A stretch of DNA of 64,000 nucleotides. Source: an uncultured Candidatus Micrarchaeota archaeon (GTDB taxonomy: Archaea > Micrarchaeota > Micrarchaeia > Anstonellales > Bilamarchaeaceae). The stretch spans positions 346,727 to 410,726 of the forward strand of contig CAWBTT010000002.1 in NCBI GenBank assembly GCA_963791815.1, given 5' to 3'. The position numbers and the translations under genes are program-made. Shown here piece after piece: positions 17,193 through 25,571 of the stretch. Under the pieces are notes generated by a model. It searched no databases. It was not told where the DNA came from and worked only from the letters and a program-made list of their open reading frames with translations. Every line of letters begins with the position of its first letter. Position 1 is the stretch's first letter.

Positions 17193-19766
17193 TTGGGTAG
17201 TCATGCCATGTGCAACCTCTACCTCGAAGGCACCCGTGCAATTGTTGACCTGGCCAAATGCCCATATGAGTTCGCATCACCAGAATTTCTTAATCTTCAC
17301 CTGAAGGACATCTCGACAACAGAGTCCCCGATAAAAACGATAAGGTACGAAGAAGAGATTGTCGTCGAACTTGATGAGAAGAAGACTTCTATTCTTATGC
17401 AGTATGCCGCTTTTATCAGGCAGCTGGAAACAATCCTGCTCAAAGACGACATATACGGCCTTACGCAGGACCCTGCCCACGTGAAAAGAAGAAAGGTTCT
17501 GAAAAGATTCTATGAATATGTTTTCCTGAATCCTCTGCTGGCCTCACAGCAGCTTGAGGATTACGATGAGCCTGAGCCTGAAAAATCACTTTACTTCCAG
17601 GGCCACAGGGTGTTTAAGGGCTGGGTCGCTGGCATTCTCAAAAGATACAAGTCAACCGCACTTTACAACCTCGTCAAAGAAACCGGAGATTTGCGCGCTG
17701 CATTCCTGCGCTTAGTCAACCTTAGAACACTTTACTTCGTTCCATCACTTGTCTTGGATATTCCGCCTGGAGCAAAGAAAGTGGATGACCCCGAAGCGCG
17801 ATATGATCTTCCTTTCGGTATAACTGTGCAGATTTACGAGATTCCCAATGCTGAGGCTTACCTGTATGTTCAAGAGAACAAAAGGGTAGAAAATCTCCGA
17901 CCTGAGCTTACTGCCATACTCAAAACACACATCAATGAGCAGTTCAAAGAACAGTTCACCAATGTGGACTGGGACATCGTCATGAACATTAAAACAAGGG
18001 AATACAGGCAGCATTTCATTGACAGGGGGATGTTAGACGGAATCTCAATCTCACCTACAGAAGCGATGGGAATGGGACGAGAGTCTGCTGCATGGGTCGT
18101 GGGCATGGGCGCCCACATAGAGAACCTGGCACTTGACAAAGAACATGTCACTGATATTTACATAGACAGCGAAAACTCTCCAGTTTACATTGAGCATTCA
18201 AAATACGGCCTCTGTCACACGCTTTATCGGTATAACAGAGACCTTCTGGAAAGGTGCTTCAAGAACATCGTACAGGTCCTTAAAGGAACGAGGAAATTCG
18301 ATGAGAACAGCCCGATTGTGGATGTTGTTTTGAAAAGGCATTCAATGAGATGCCACCTTCAGAGGCCGCCTGCCACTTTCGGAGAACTCCAAGGCGCTTT
18401 GCGTATCATGAAGGAGCAGCCATTTACATACGCGCAGTACCTGAACTTCCGCTCATTCACCCCGTTCTTCGCCGGTTACGACGATGTTATGGTAACACTG
18501 GGATGTTCTGAGGCTGTTCTTGGACTGAAAGGTGTCGGAAAGACATCATTCACAGCTGCCAAAATCACATCAATTGGTACCAGGAGGAGGATTATACCTA
18601 TCCAGGATATCGAGGAAATCCCTGTCCGCGCATTCAGAAAAAGAGGATTCCACATCGGCGCTGCGAGGGTGCAAAGTTCAGAGGCCGAGGCAGGCACAAC
18701 AAAGGAGCTTGACCTAGTTACAATGGCAAACGCCCTTCTGCGTATGGGTGATGCTGCGTTGATAATCAACGAAGTTCGTTCACGTGTTGCTGTTCAGGGT
18801 ATCATCAACCTGCTGAACACACAGCCAGGTGTCTTCCTGCTCTATAACCTGCACGCAGAATCACTTCGGGATGTGCAGGATAGGCTTGAACTTGTTTTCG
18901 GGCTGCCAGCAGCAAGCATGTATGCAACAGACAGATACTCTTTCCTGAAAAAAATCAGGTTTGGTAGAAAAGGACGCATCTACAGGGTACTTGGTTTCGA
19001 ATATGAAACTGATATTGATGAGAAGAAATTCGTCGAGGTATTCCGTTTCAGGAGAGGGGACAGCATCGACACATGCACCTGGGAAGCCAAGTTCATCAGA
19101 AACCCAGAGGCTACGATGTGGGACTTTGAAAATGTCGACATCAAAAAACTCCAGAAGGAACTGGACATCGCTTTCATACCGCCGGCACTTGGAAGGAGAA
19201 GTGAGGAAACTGGAATTTCTCCAGAGCAGTACATACTCCAGGCATTCTGGAAAGGAAAGATGTACGATCAGATTTTCAAGACAAGCCAAAGACTTGATGA
19301 TAAACTCATGCTTGAATTGGACTTCGTGCTCAAGGTAAACACAGCAGCAACGCGACACCTTGTGAAAATGGAAAATGAGCAGGGAGATATCGACTTTGGA
19401 CAGGCTTGGGAAGATTGGGAACCAATCTTCAAGGATATTGTGAAGAATGAATTGAGCAAGCGCAAACTGGGAAGGGTTGAGATTCCTGATGATGTAGTAT
19501 CTTCCAAGCCGGCAGCCTCAGTTTCATCAGAGCCCAAGTTTAGAGTTTCTGATGATGTCGAGGAGGAAAACGGCGATGGGCCACCTCCGCCACCAGTTCT
19601 GAAAACACCAGCTCTTCCACCAGTTTTGAAACCGGTTTCTAAGCCAGTTTCTAAAACACCGGCTGCAAAACCGGCACATAAAAAAGAGTCTAAACCAGCG
19701 CCTAAGAAACCTTCATTGAAAGAGAGGCTGAAAGAAAAGAAGGAAAAGGCGAAAAAGAAGAAATGA
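17193..19766 (+). CDS. Divergent, extended type II/IV secretion-family ATPase (PilB/FlaI/VirB11 superfamily) with Lys/Pro-rich C-terminal tail
   Basis: 857 aa. Walker A-like GLKGVGKT. The block LLRMGDAALIINEVRSRVAVQGIINLLNTQPGVFLLYNLHAESLRDVQDRL matches the family block aLRmrPDxiivGEvRgxEa...tGH...T.HA. Tail is PPPPPVLKTP...KKPSLKERLKEKKEKAKKKK. Probable ATG start at 17208. Confidence 0.7.
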   Translation: MGSHAMCNLYLEGTRAIVDLAKCPYEFASPEFLNLHLKDISTTESPIKTIRYEEEIVVELDEKKTSILMQYAAFIRQLETILLKDDIYGLTQDPAHVKRRKVLKRFYEYVFLNPLLASQQLEDYDEPEPEKSLYFQGHRVFKGWVAGILKRYKSTALYNLVKETGDLRAAFLRLVNLRTLYFVPSLVLDIPPGAKKVDDPEARYDLPFGITVQIYEIPNAEAYLYVQENKRVENLRPELTAILKTHINEQFKEQFTNVDWDIVMNIKTREYRQHFIDRGMLDGISISPTEAMGMGRESAAWVVGMGAHIENLALDKEHVTDIYIDSENSPVYIEHSKYGLCHTLYRYNRDLLERCFKNIVQVLKGTRKFDENSPIVDVVLKRHSMRCHLQRPPATFGELQGALRIMKEQPFTYAQYLNFRSFTPFFAGYDDVMVTLGCSEAVLGLKGVGKTSFTAAKITSIGTRRRIIPIQDIEEIPVRAFRKRGFHIGAARVQSSEAEAGTTKELDLVTMANALLRMGDAALIINEVRSRVAVQGIINLLNTQPGVFLLYNLHAESLRDVQDRLELVFGLPAASMYATDRYSFLKKIRFGRKGRIYRVLGFEYETDIDEKKFVEVFRFRRGDSIDTCTWEAKFIRNPEATMWDFENVDIKKLQKELDIAFIPPALGRRSEETGISPEQYILQAFWKGKMYDQIFKTSQRLDDKLMLELDFVLKVNTAATRHLVKMENEQGDIDFGQAWEDWEPIFKDIVKNELSKRKLGRVEIPDDVVSSKPAASVSSEPKFRVSDDVEEENGDGPPPPPVLKTPALPPVLKPVSKPVSKTPAAKPAHKKESKPAPKKPSLKERLKEKKEKAKKKK

Positions 19767-20921
19767 TTATTTCTTCATGAACGCCTCTATCCTGTTGAAT
19801 GCCTCATCGATTTTCGCAGGTGGCGGAAGAAGCACCATCCTGAAATATTTCTTGTCGGTGTTCCTTGGCATGAAACCTGAACCAGGGACGACGACTACGC
19901 CAGTTTTGAGCAGTTCATAGACGAATTCTTTGTCGCTTTTCCATGGGCCCTCGACACCTATGAATGCATAGAATGCGCCTTTAGGAGGAGCAACTGACAA
20001 GCCTTCAATCTCATTGACCCGTTTAACAAGCAAATCGCGCCTTTTCAGAAGTTCCGCATTGAATGATGTGATGTGGTCATTCGAACCTTTGATTGCTGCG
20101 ATATATGCCCGCTGCATCTCCCAGTTGACTGAAAGCCTCTGGTTGCAGAGCCGCTGGATTGTTTCCTTTACATTGTCCCAGCCCTCGCCGAAGAATGCCA
20201 TGTACGCGCAGCGCGCTCCGCAGTAAAGGTAGTTCTTTGACATGCTGTTTCCTGAGACTAATGGAACGTCCTTTGATATTTTTCGGAGCGGTGTTATTTC
20301 ACCGTCGAAAACCATCTGGTCATAAACATCATCAGCAATTATCGGGAGTTTGTATTCCCCTGCGATGTCCCTAATCCCCTCAAGGGTTTTTCTTGAATAG
20401 ACTGCGCCTGTCGGGTTGTTCGGGTTGATTACAACTATTCCCTTGGTGTAATCATTGATGCTTTTCCTCATATCATCAAGGTCAGGCTCATTCTGTTCAT
20501 CACAGTCATAGAACTCGACGGTTCCATAGCTTATCCTTTCCTTGGTAAGGTAGAGCGGATATGTCGGAACTGGCAGGATGAAGTTTCGTCCAGGGTCAAG
20601 GAGCGCCTGGAAAAGGAAATCGATTCCCTCGCTGAGGCCTGCTGAAATGAATACATCGTCTGGAGCGACACCCTCATATTTTGCAACAGTCTCTCGGAGC
20701 TCTGGGTCGCCTTCAGATGGCGCATACCCCTGATAATTGCCCTTGGTCGCCTCAGCAACAGCATCAAGAATGTGCTGCGGCGGTTTGATGCCATGGTAAC
20801 CAGGATCACCGATATTAAGGTAAATCATGTCTGTTCCAGCTTTCTCGTATTTCTTTGCAGCCTGCACAATGTCTCGAATTGGATATGAAACAAGCTCGCT
20901 TCTAGTTGATGCCTCAATCAT
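19767..20921 (-). CDS. Class I/II PLP-dependent aminotransferase (Asp/Ala aminotransferase-like)
   Basis: 384 aa. NPNNPTG and the SMSKNYLYCGARCAY (SxSK...G.R) PLP-lysine motifs. Confidence 0.85.
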   Translation of the reverse strand: MIEASTRSELVSYPIRDIVQAAKKYEKAGTDMIYLNIGDPGYHGIKPPQHILDAVAEATKGNYQGYAPSEGDPELRETVAKYEGVAPDDVFISAGLSEGIDFLFQALLDPGRNFILPVPTYPLYLTKERISYGTVEFYDCDEQNEPDLDDMRKSINDYTKGIVVINPNNPTGAVYSRKTLEGIRDIAGEYKLPIIADDVYDQMVFDGEITPLRKISKDVPLVSGNSMSKNYLYCGARCAYMAFFGEGWDNVKETIQRLCNQRLSVNWEMQRAYIAAIKGSNDHITSFNAELLKRRDLLVKRVNEIEGLSVAPPKGAFYAFIGVEGPWKSDKEFVYELLKTGVVVVPGSGFMPRNTDKKYFRMVLLPPPAKIDEAFNRIEAFMKK

Positions 20922-20987
20922 AGTACCACGTTTGTAGTGGTATGCCGAACAACCTTTTTATTATTGATTATACGACAGGAGACGTTG

Positions 20988-21353
20988 TCATTTGCCGACT
21001 GAGAGGGTAACCTGCTTTGGAATGCCGTTCGAAAGAATGGTTCTTGGTAAAGAAGCGGTTATTTCGTGGCCCATATCCCCGCCGCGGCAGCTAGTTGCAC
21101 TGATGCCATCCACAAAAATGCAGAGCCCTGTCTTTTGAGTTATTTCCTCAAGAGAAGGCTCTATGGAGTTGACATCTGTTATGTTCCTTAGTTCGCCCTG
21201 AAGATAAAGAACACGCCACACATCACCTGCAAGGTGGAGATTGTAAAGGGAATCATCCCGCTCTGAAACATCGTAGGATGATACTGCCAGCGTTGCTGCC
21301 CATATGAAAAAAACCAGGGAAATCATTGCTTCAAGAGTTTGCATTTTATTCAC
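20988..21353 (-). CDS. Small N-terminally anchored protein, pilin-like (cluster member 4)
   Basis: 121 aa. N-terminus MNKMQTLEAMISLVFFIWAATLAV. Overlaps the upstream gene by 8 nt. Confidence 0.45.
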   Translation of the reverse strand: MNKMQTLEAMISLVFFIWAATLAVSSYDVSERDDSLYNLHLAGDVWRVLYLQGELRNITDVNSIEPSLEEITQKTGLCIFVDGISATSCRGGDMGHEITASLPRTILSNGIPKQVTLSVGK

Positions 21354-21744
21354 CGCAGAAATAAATTTTTGAGAGTTTTTTCTGAGGGCCGGTGACTACT
21401 AATCTGTAGATGCATGTTTCTTTTTCAGGTTCCATAAACGATATTTCAAGTTTTGAAAATCCGGCTTTTTTCCTTGTATTCTCCACATAGTTCTGGTCAA
21501 TTTTATCCTCAAGCCAGTTTGGGTAGCGGACATTTCCTTCATGCTTTGCCAGGCCGGATTTTACAGTGTAATCAGCAACTGAGACCAAACGGTCGAAAAC
21601 GTCCTTGCCAAGTGAACGGTCCTGCTCCGAATATGCAACCAGAGACATTGACTGCATGAGGAAGACAAATATCATGATAAGCGGGATGATGCTCATCATC
21701 GCATCCAGAGAAAATATGCCCTTATATTGGTTCTGCCCAGTCAT
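21346..21744 (-). CDS. Small pilin-like protein with class III signal peptide-like N-terminus (cluster member 3)
   Basis: 132 aa. MTGQNQYKG/IFSLDAMMSIIPLIMIFVFL fits [KR]G followed by a hydrophobic helix. Confidence 0.5.
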   Translation of the reverse strand: MTGQNQYKGIFSLDAMMSIIPLIMIFVFLMQSMSLVAYSEQDRSLGKDVFDRLVSVADYTVKSGLAKHEGNVRYPNWLEDKIDQNYVENTRKKAGFSKLEISFMEPEKETCIYRLVVTGPQKKLSKIYFCGE

Positions 21745-22030
21745 TTACGAAAACCCCCTCAACCTCGATAAATTTGTCATTGCAGGCAATGATTAGCCGC
21801 TCTTCAATACGGAATGTTATGTTCTCTTCCTGGAAATCCAATTGGGAAATTCGGCCATTGTTCAGCCAACTCTCAACTGCCCTTGCAGTATCTTTGGCTT
21901 TTGATATTTCCTGCCTATTTTTCATTGAATCAATAACTTCATCGTGTTGTGCTGTCAATGCAGCGCTCAGGATGAAAACAAGTGCAATAGTAGCTGCAAA
22001 TGAAACAAGAAACTCAATTGTGACTGGCAT
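21722..22030 (-). CDS. Small N-terminally anchored protein, pilin-like (cluster member 2)
   Basis: 102 aa. MPVTIEFLVSFAATIALVFILSAAL. 23-nt overlap with the next gene. Confidence 0.45.
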   Translation of the reverse strand: MPVTIEFLVSFAATIALVFILSAALTAQHDEVIDSMKNRQEISKAKDTARAVESWLNNGRISQLDFQEENITFRIEERLIIACNDKFIEVEGVFVNDWAEPI

Positions 22031-22565
22031 AGATAATCAAACCCTCAGGGATTTTAACGGAACCATCCAGGCCAAATTTATCAGATGAAACTCCAATTTT
22101 AATGTCATTGTTTACTCGTATTGAATCCAGAGCAAAGCCGTTGCGTGAGGCTATTTCTCCCCTTGAAAATGTCTGGATGTTCACACTCCCAATAGATATG
22201 GAAAAATCACCATCAAAAGTATGGAATCTGAGGAGATTCAACCGAAGGAGTGCCGACTGTTTTGCAGATTCCATCGCTTCGCTCTCACGAAAACACTTCT
22301 GGCATTTAAGGGGTTCACAGAGCTCTGGATGGCACGGAGGGCAGTGGATGCAATTTTCCAGCCTGTGTGTTGAGTCGTATAGGTCGAATCCTTTGAGGGC
22401 TCCTTGCCTGAGAGATTCCAGAGTGGCCTCCTTGGAATTCATAGAAATCAGATATGCCCTCTCATTCAGCACTGCTCTTCCATCAGAGTAGCTGCCAAAC
22501 TGCAGAATTGAAAATAGCAGCATCAGAGAAAACAGTACTAAAACAAATGACAAGTAAGCTCGCAT
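22014..22565 (-). CDS. Small N-terminally anchored protein, pilin-like, Cys-containing (cluster member 1)
   Basis: 183 aa. MRA/YLSFVLVLFSLMLLFSIL. Contains the CIHCPPCHPELCEPLKCQKC cluster. Confidence 0.45.
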   Translation of the reverse strand: MRAYLSFVLVLFSLMLLFSILQFGSYSDGRAVLNERAYLISMNSKEATLESLRQGALKGFDLYDSTHRLENCIHCPPCHPELCEPLKCQKCFRESEAMESAKQSALLRLNLLRFHTFDGDFSISIGSVNIQTFSRGEIASRNGFALDSIRVNNDIKIGVSSDKFGLDGSVKIPEGLIIYASHN

Positions 22566-22603
22566 TCATCCCCCAAAGGGAAATTAGAAGGAAAAAAATA
22601 AAT

Positions 22604-22768
22604 TCATTTGGGCTTGACCGCATAGTAGGTTCCAGGAACCTTTACTCCGATAATATTCGCTATTTCGGAGCGTTCCGGGTCAATTACAACGAGAAAGACA
22701 GAATATCGCCTTGAAAGGCCGCTCTGCCTCTTGGAGTATTCCTCAGCACCAACAATGTCAAACGTCAT
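22604..22768 (-). CDS. spt4: Transcription elongation factor Spt4 (RpoE'') homolog lacking zinc-ribbon cysteines
   Basis: 54-aa ORF below the track cut-off. My translation: MTFDIVGAEEYSKRQSGLSRRYSVFLVVIDPERSEIANIIGVKVPGTYYAVKPK. The C-terminal half matches the archaeal Spt4 consensus (vIiDPekSeIAkklgik.pGkYAl.V). ATGA overlap with the rpo7 stop, which is the canonical gene order. Confidence 0.7.
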   Translation of the reverse strand: MTFDIVGAEEYSKRQSGLSRRYSVFLVVIDPERSEIANIIGVKVPGTYYAVKPK

Positions 22769-23346
22769 CTCTTTCCACCCTTTCCGCCCCTCTTAGGCTT
22801 TCTTGGAACTTTCTTCTCAATTATCCAGTCAGGCTTTCCAAGCCCATCTGGCCTCATAGTAAGACCAATCTTGGTGTCTGATGAGGTTGACTTCATGCTG
22901 ACTGTTGAAACCTTGACAATAGCATCATCGCCCTTCTTGAGTGCCCTCTTGAGTGCCTTTGAAGTCAGGCTCTTTGATTTCTTGTCATAATAGAATTTCT
23001 CCCGGTCAATCTGTGAAACGTGGAGAAGACCCTGGAACGGGCCGATTGAGGCGAATGCGCCAAACTCGACGATTTCCTTTATGTCCGCGCTGTAAACCTC
23101 ATTCACAGCTGGCAGGAAAGTCAGTGCCTTGAATTCAACTGTATAATATGCACTGCCATCGCCCGGGATAACTACACCGTCAGAAATAACCTTGGGGCTG
23201 TCCACTGAAAGCACAATTCCCAGTTCCTTGTATATGCGTCCTTCATAACGCTCACGCAGTATCATCTGCACAGCGTCCTCAAGAACGCTTCCAAACATTG
23301 ATGGTGATACCCTGATACGGTCCTCAATAGTTTTTTCGTAATACAT
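22765..23346 (-). CDS. rpo7: DNA-directed RNA polymerase subunit Rpo7 (E')
   Basis: 193 aa. N-terminal MYYEKTIEDRIRVSP, S1 domain (VEFGAFASIGPFQGLLHVSQI), basic tail. Confidence 0.9.
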   Translation of the reverse strand: MYYEKTIEDRIRVSPSMFGSVLEDAVQMILRERYEGRIYKELGIVLSVDSPKVISDGVVIPGDGSAYYTVEFKALTFLPAVNEVYSADIKEIVEFGAFASIGPFQGLLHVSQIDREKFYYDKKSKSLTSKALKRALKKGDDAIVKVSTVSMKSTSSDTKIGLTMRPDGLGKPDWIIEKKVPRKPKRGGKGGKR

Positions 23347-23468
23347 AAAAGTTGGCCTCCTTCATTCGCCACTTCCGCAACAAAGCAGAGGGAGAACATA
23401 GCCTTCTGGCATCAATAAATTGGTATGGGTGTGTTTATAAAGATACATTTGACTCTCGGAAGGTTTAA

Positions 23469-23993
23469 ATGGGATGGAAAAAAGGAATTTTCATGGGGTA
23501 TTTGAAGGGACAGTTCGAAGGTGCTGCTACCGCTGTTTTGTTGCTTTTGGTAATAGGGATGGTCTTAGTCTTTCTCCTCATTGAATTACTAGCAATAAAG
23601 GCATTCATTCTGTCCATTCTGCTAATTTTCATCTATGAATACCGTAAAAAAGATACCAGAGTTTCATTTTCATTGATAGCATTGTTGGGTTTACTTATTT
23701 TGACAGAGTTTGCCCCCATCATGATTGATGTTCCTGCGTTAGTTGTTCCTGAGTTGTGTTTATTGCATTATGCATTCCCATTACATTTCGCTCTGGATAT
23801 GAATGTGGTTGAAACATGCACGATTAATGCGGCCGTATCCAAGAAGGATCTTTCTTTATGCAATTCCATATGGGTCGGAAAAAAAGGAATGTGTGTTGAG
23901 GGGGCATTTTCGGCAGGGGCAGAGAACTGTGAGGACATTAATAGACTTTATCTGAAAGAAGGCTGTTTTGCCAGGCTCAATAAGACAGAATAG
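23469..23993 (+). CDS. Hypothetical membrane protein with Cys-containing C-terminal region
   Basis: 174 aa with 3-4 predicted TM helices. No recognisable family. Confidence 0.5.
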   Translation: MGWKKGIFMGYLKGQFEGAATAVLLLLVIGMVLVFLLIELLAIKAFILSILLIFIYEYRKKDTRVSFSLIALLGLLILTEFAPIMIDVPALVVPELCLLHYAFPLHFALDMNVVETCTINAAVSKKDLSLCNSIWVGKKGMCVEGAFSAGAENCEDINRLYLKEGCFARLNKTE

Positions 23994-24059
23994 ATTTTTT
24001 TTGAAGAAATACTATATTTAATAATTTGATACTATTTAATGTTTGTTAAATAGTCAAAG

Positions 24060-25148
24060 GTGACATCAATGGGAAAAATAAGATGCGCTGTCGTCGGAGT
24101 TGGAAATTGTTTTGCTGGCCTTGTTCAGGGCATTGAATACTACAAGAAGAATCCTGAGCAGCAGGTTATCGGGGTTATGAGCCCTGAGGTTGGAGGATAC
24201 TCCATCCATGATTTGGACTTTGTCGCTGCTTTTGACGTTGATTCAAAGAAGGTAGGCAAGCCGCTCAATGACGCTGTTTATGCCGAGCCGAACAAGGTGA
24301 AGTGGGTAGAGTCCCTCTCAACCATGGGCGATATCGTAGTATTGCAGTCACCGCAGCTCGACGGAGTTGGCAGCTATGTGGAGAAGGTCGTTACGCCAGT
24401 GCCTGATAAGCCGGTTGAAGAACTGAAAGAGAAGATAATTGCAGAACTGAAGGAGAAGAATGTCGAGATTCTTGTTTCTTATCTTCCAGTTGGCTCTGAC
24501 AAAGCTACCAAATTCTGGGCCCAAACATGCCTAGATGCCAATATCGCATTCGTCAACTGTATGCCTTCATTCATAGCCTCTGACCCGGAGTGGGCAAAGA
24601 AATTCGAGGATGCTGGAATCCCAATCATTGGAGATGACATCAAGGGCCAGGTTGGCGCGACAATAGTCCACCGGACAATGGCAAACCTCTGTGACAACCG
24701 GGGAACCAAGATAGCCAAAACATATCAGATTAACGTCGGTGGAAACACTGATTTCCTCTCAATGAAGGAGCAGGAGAGACTGCACTCAAAGAAGATTTCT
24801 AAAACAGAGTCTGTTCAGTCCCAGCTTCGGCAGAGGCTGCCGGATGAGCAGATTTACGTCGGCCCTTCAGATTTCATCCCATTCCTTGGGAACACCAAGC
24901 TGATGTTCATGAGGATAGAAGGCCGGATGTGGGCAAACGTCCCTTACAATATGGAAGTGAGATTGGAAGTTGACGATAAGGCCAACTCGGCAGGCATAGT
25001 AATAGATGCTATTCGATACTGCAGGATTGCTTTGGATAAGAAAATGAAGGGACCTTTGGTAGGCCCAAGCGCCTGGCTGATGAAACACCCGCCCAAGCAG
25101 TTCACAGATGATGAGGCTCAGAGGATGGCTCGCGATTTCGCTAAATAG
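24060..25148 (+). CDS. ino1: myo-Inositol-1-phosphate synthase (archaeal type)
   Basis: 362 aa. IRCAVVGVGNCFAGLVQGIEYYK Rossmann start and SKKISKTE-type core, typical of archaeal MIPS. Confidence 0.85.
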   Translation: MTSMGKIRCAVVGVGNCFAGLVQGIEYYKKNPEQQVIGVMSPEVGGYSIHDLDFVAAFDVDSKKVGKPLNDAVYAEPNKVKWVESLSTMGDIVVLQSPQLDGVGSYVEKVVTPVPDKPVEELKEKIIAELKEKNVEILVSYLPVGSDKATKFWAQTCLDANIAFVNCMPSFIASDPEWAKKFEDAGIPIIGDDIKGQVGATIVHRTMANLCDNRGTKIAKTYQINVGGNTDFLSMKEQERLHSKKISKTESVQSQLRQRLPDEQIYVGPSDFIPFLGNTKLMFMRIEGRMWANVPYNMEVRLEVDDKANSAGIVIDAIRYCRIALDKKMKGPLVGPSAWLMKHPPKQFTDDEAQRMARDFAK

Positions 25149-25481
25149 CTATCTCTTGATGCGGGCAGCTTCTCTGCCCCAGCTTCCAGAGGGGTGGTCA
25201 GGACGTTTCACTTGGGGGCTTCGCATTGGCCTCCTTTCATAGGGCCTTGGATTCTGGATTATAGCTATATCGACGAGGAGTGCTATTGTTTGCAGCTTAT
25301 CACGAATCTCGTTGTCTTTCTGGGTTTTCCATACATCCTTCCCAAGTACAGCATCAAGAGAATCCAATACATCCCTGCTCAGGCCAGATTGAAGCATCTC
25401 AATCAGCATGTCCGCGCCAGTGTGCTTCGAATCAATGTCTGGGTCTCTGAGTAACGCTATCAGTAATTTTTTTTCATTCAT
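25149..25481 (-). CDS. Hypothetical protein
   Basis: 110-aa ORF filling the gap between convergent genes. No recognisable motif. Confidence 0.4.
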   Translation of the reverse strand: MNEKKLLIALLRDPDIDSKHTGADMLIEMLQSGLSRDVLDSLDAVLGKDVWKTQKDNEIRDKLQTIALLVDIAIIQNPRPYERRPMRSPQVKRPDHPSGSWGREAARIKR

Positions 25482-25571
25482 AGTACTGCCCCTAAATGAG
25501 TTGGAATTAATGTGTCCTGAAGTATTTTTAAATGTAAATGAGCCGATAACAGCTTAAAATATATTATCGAA

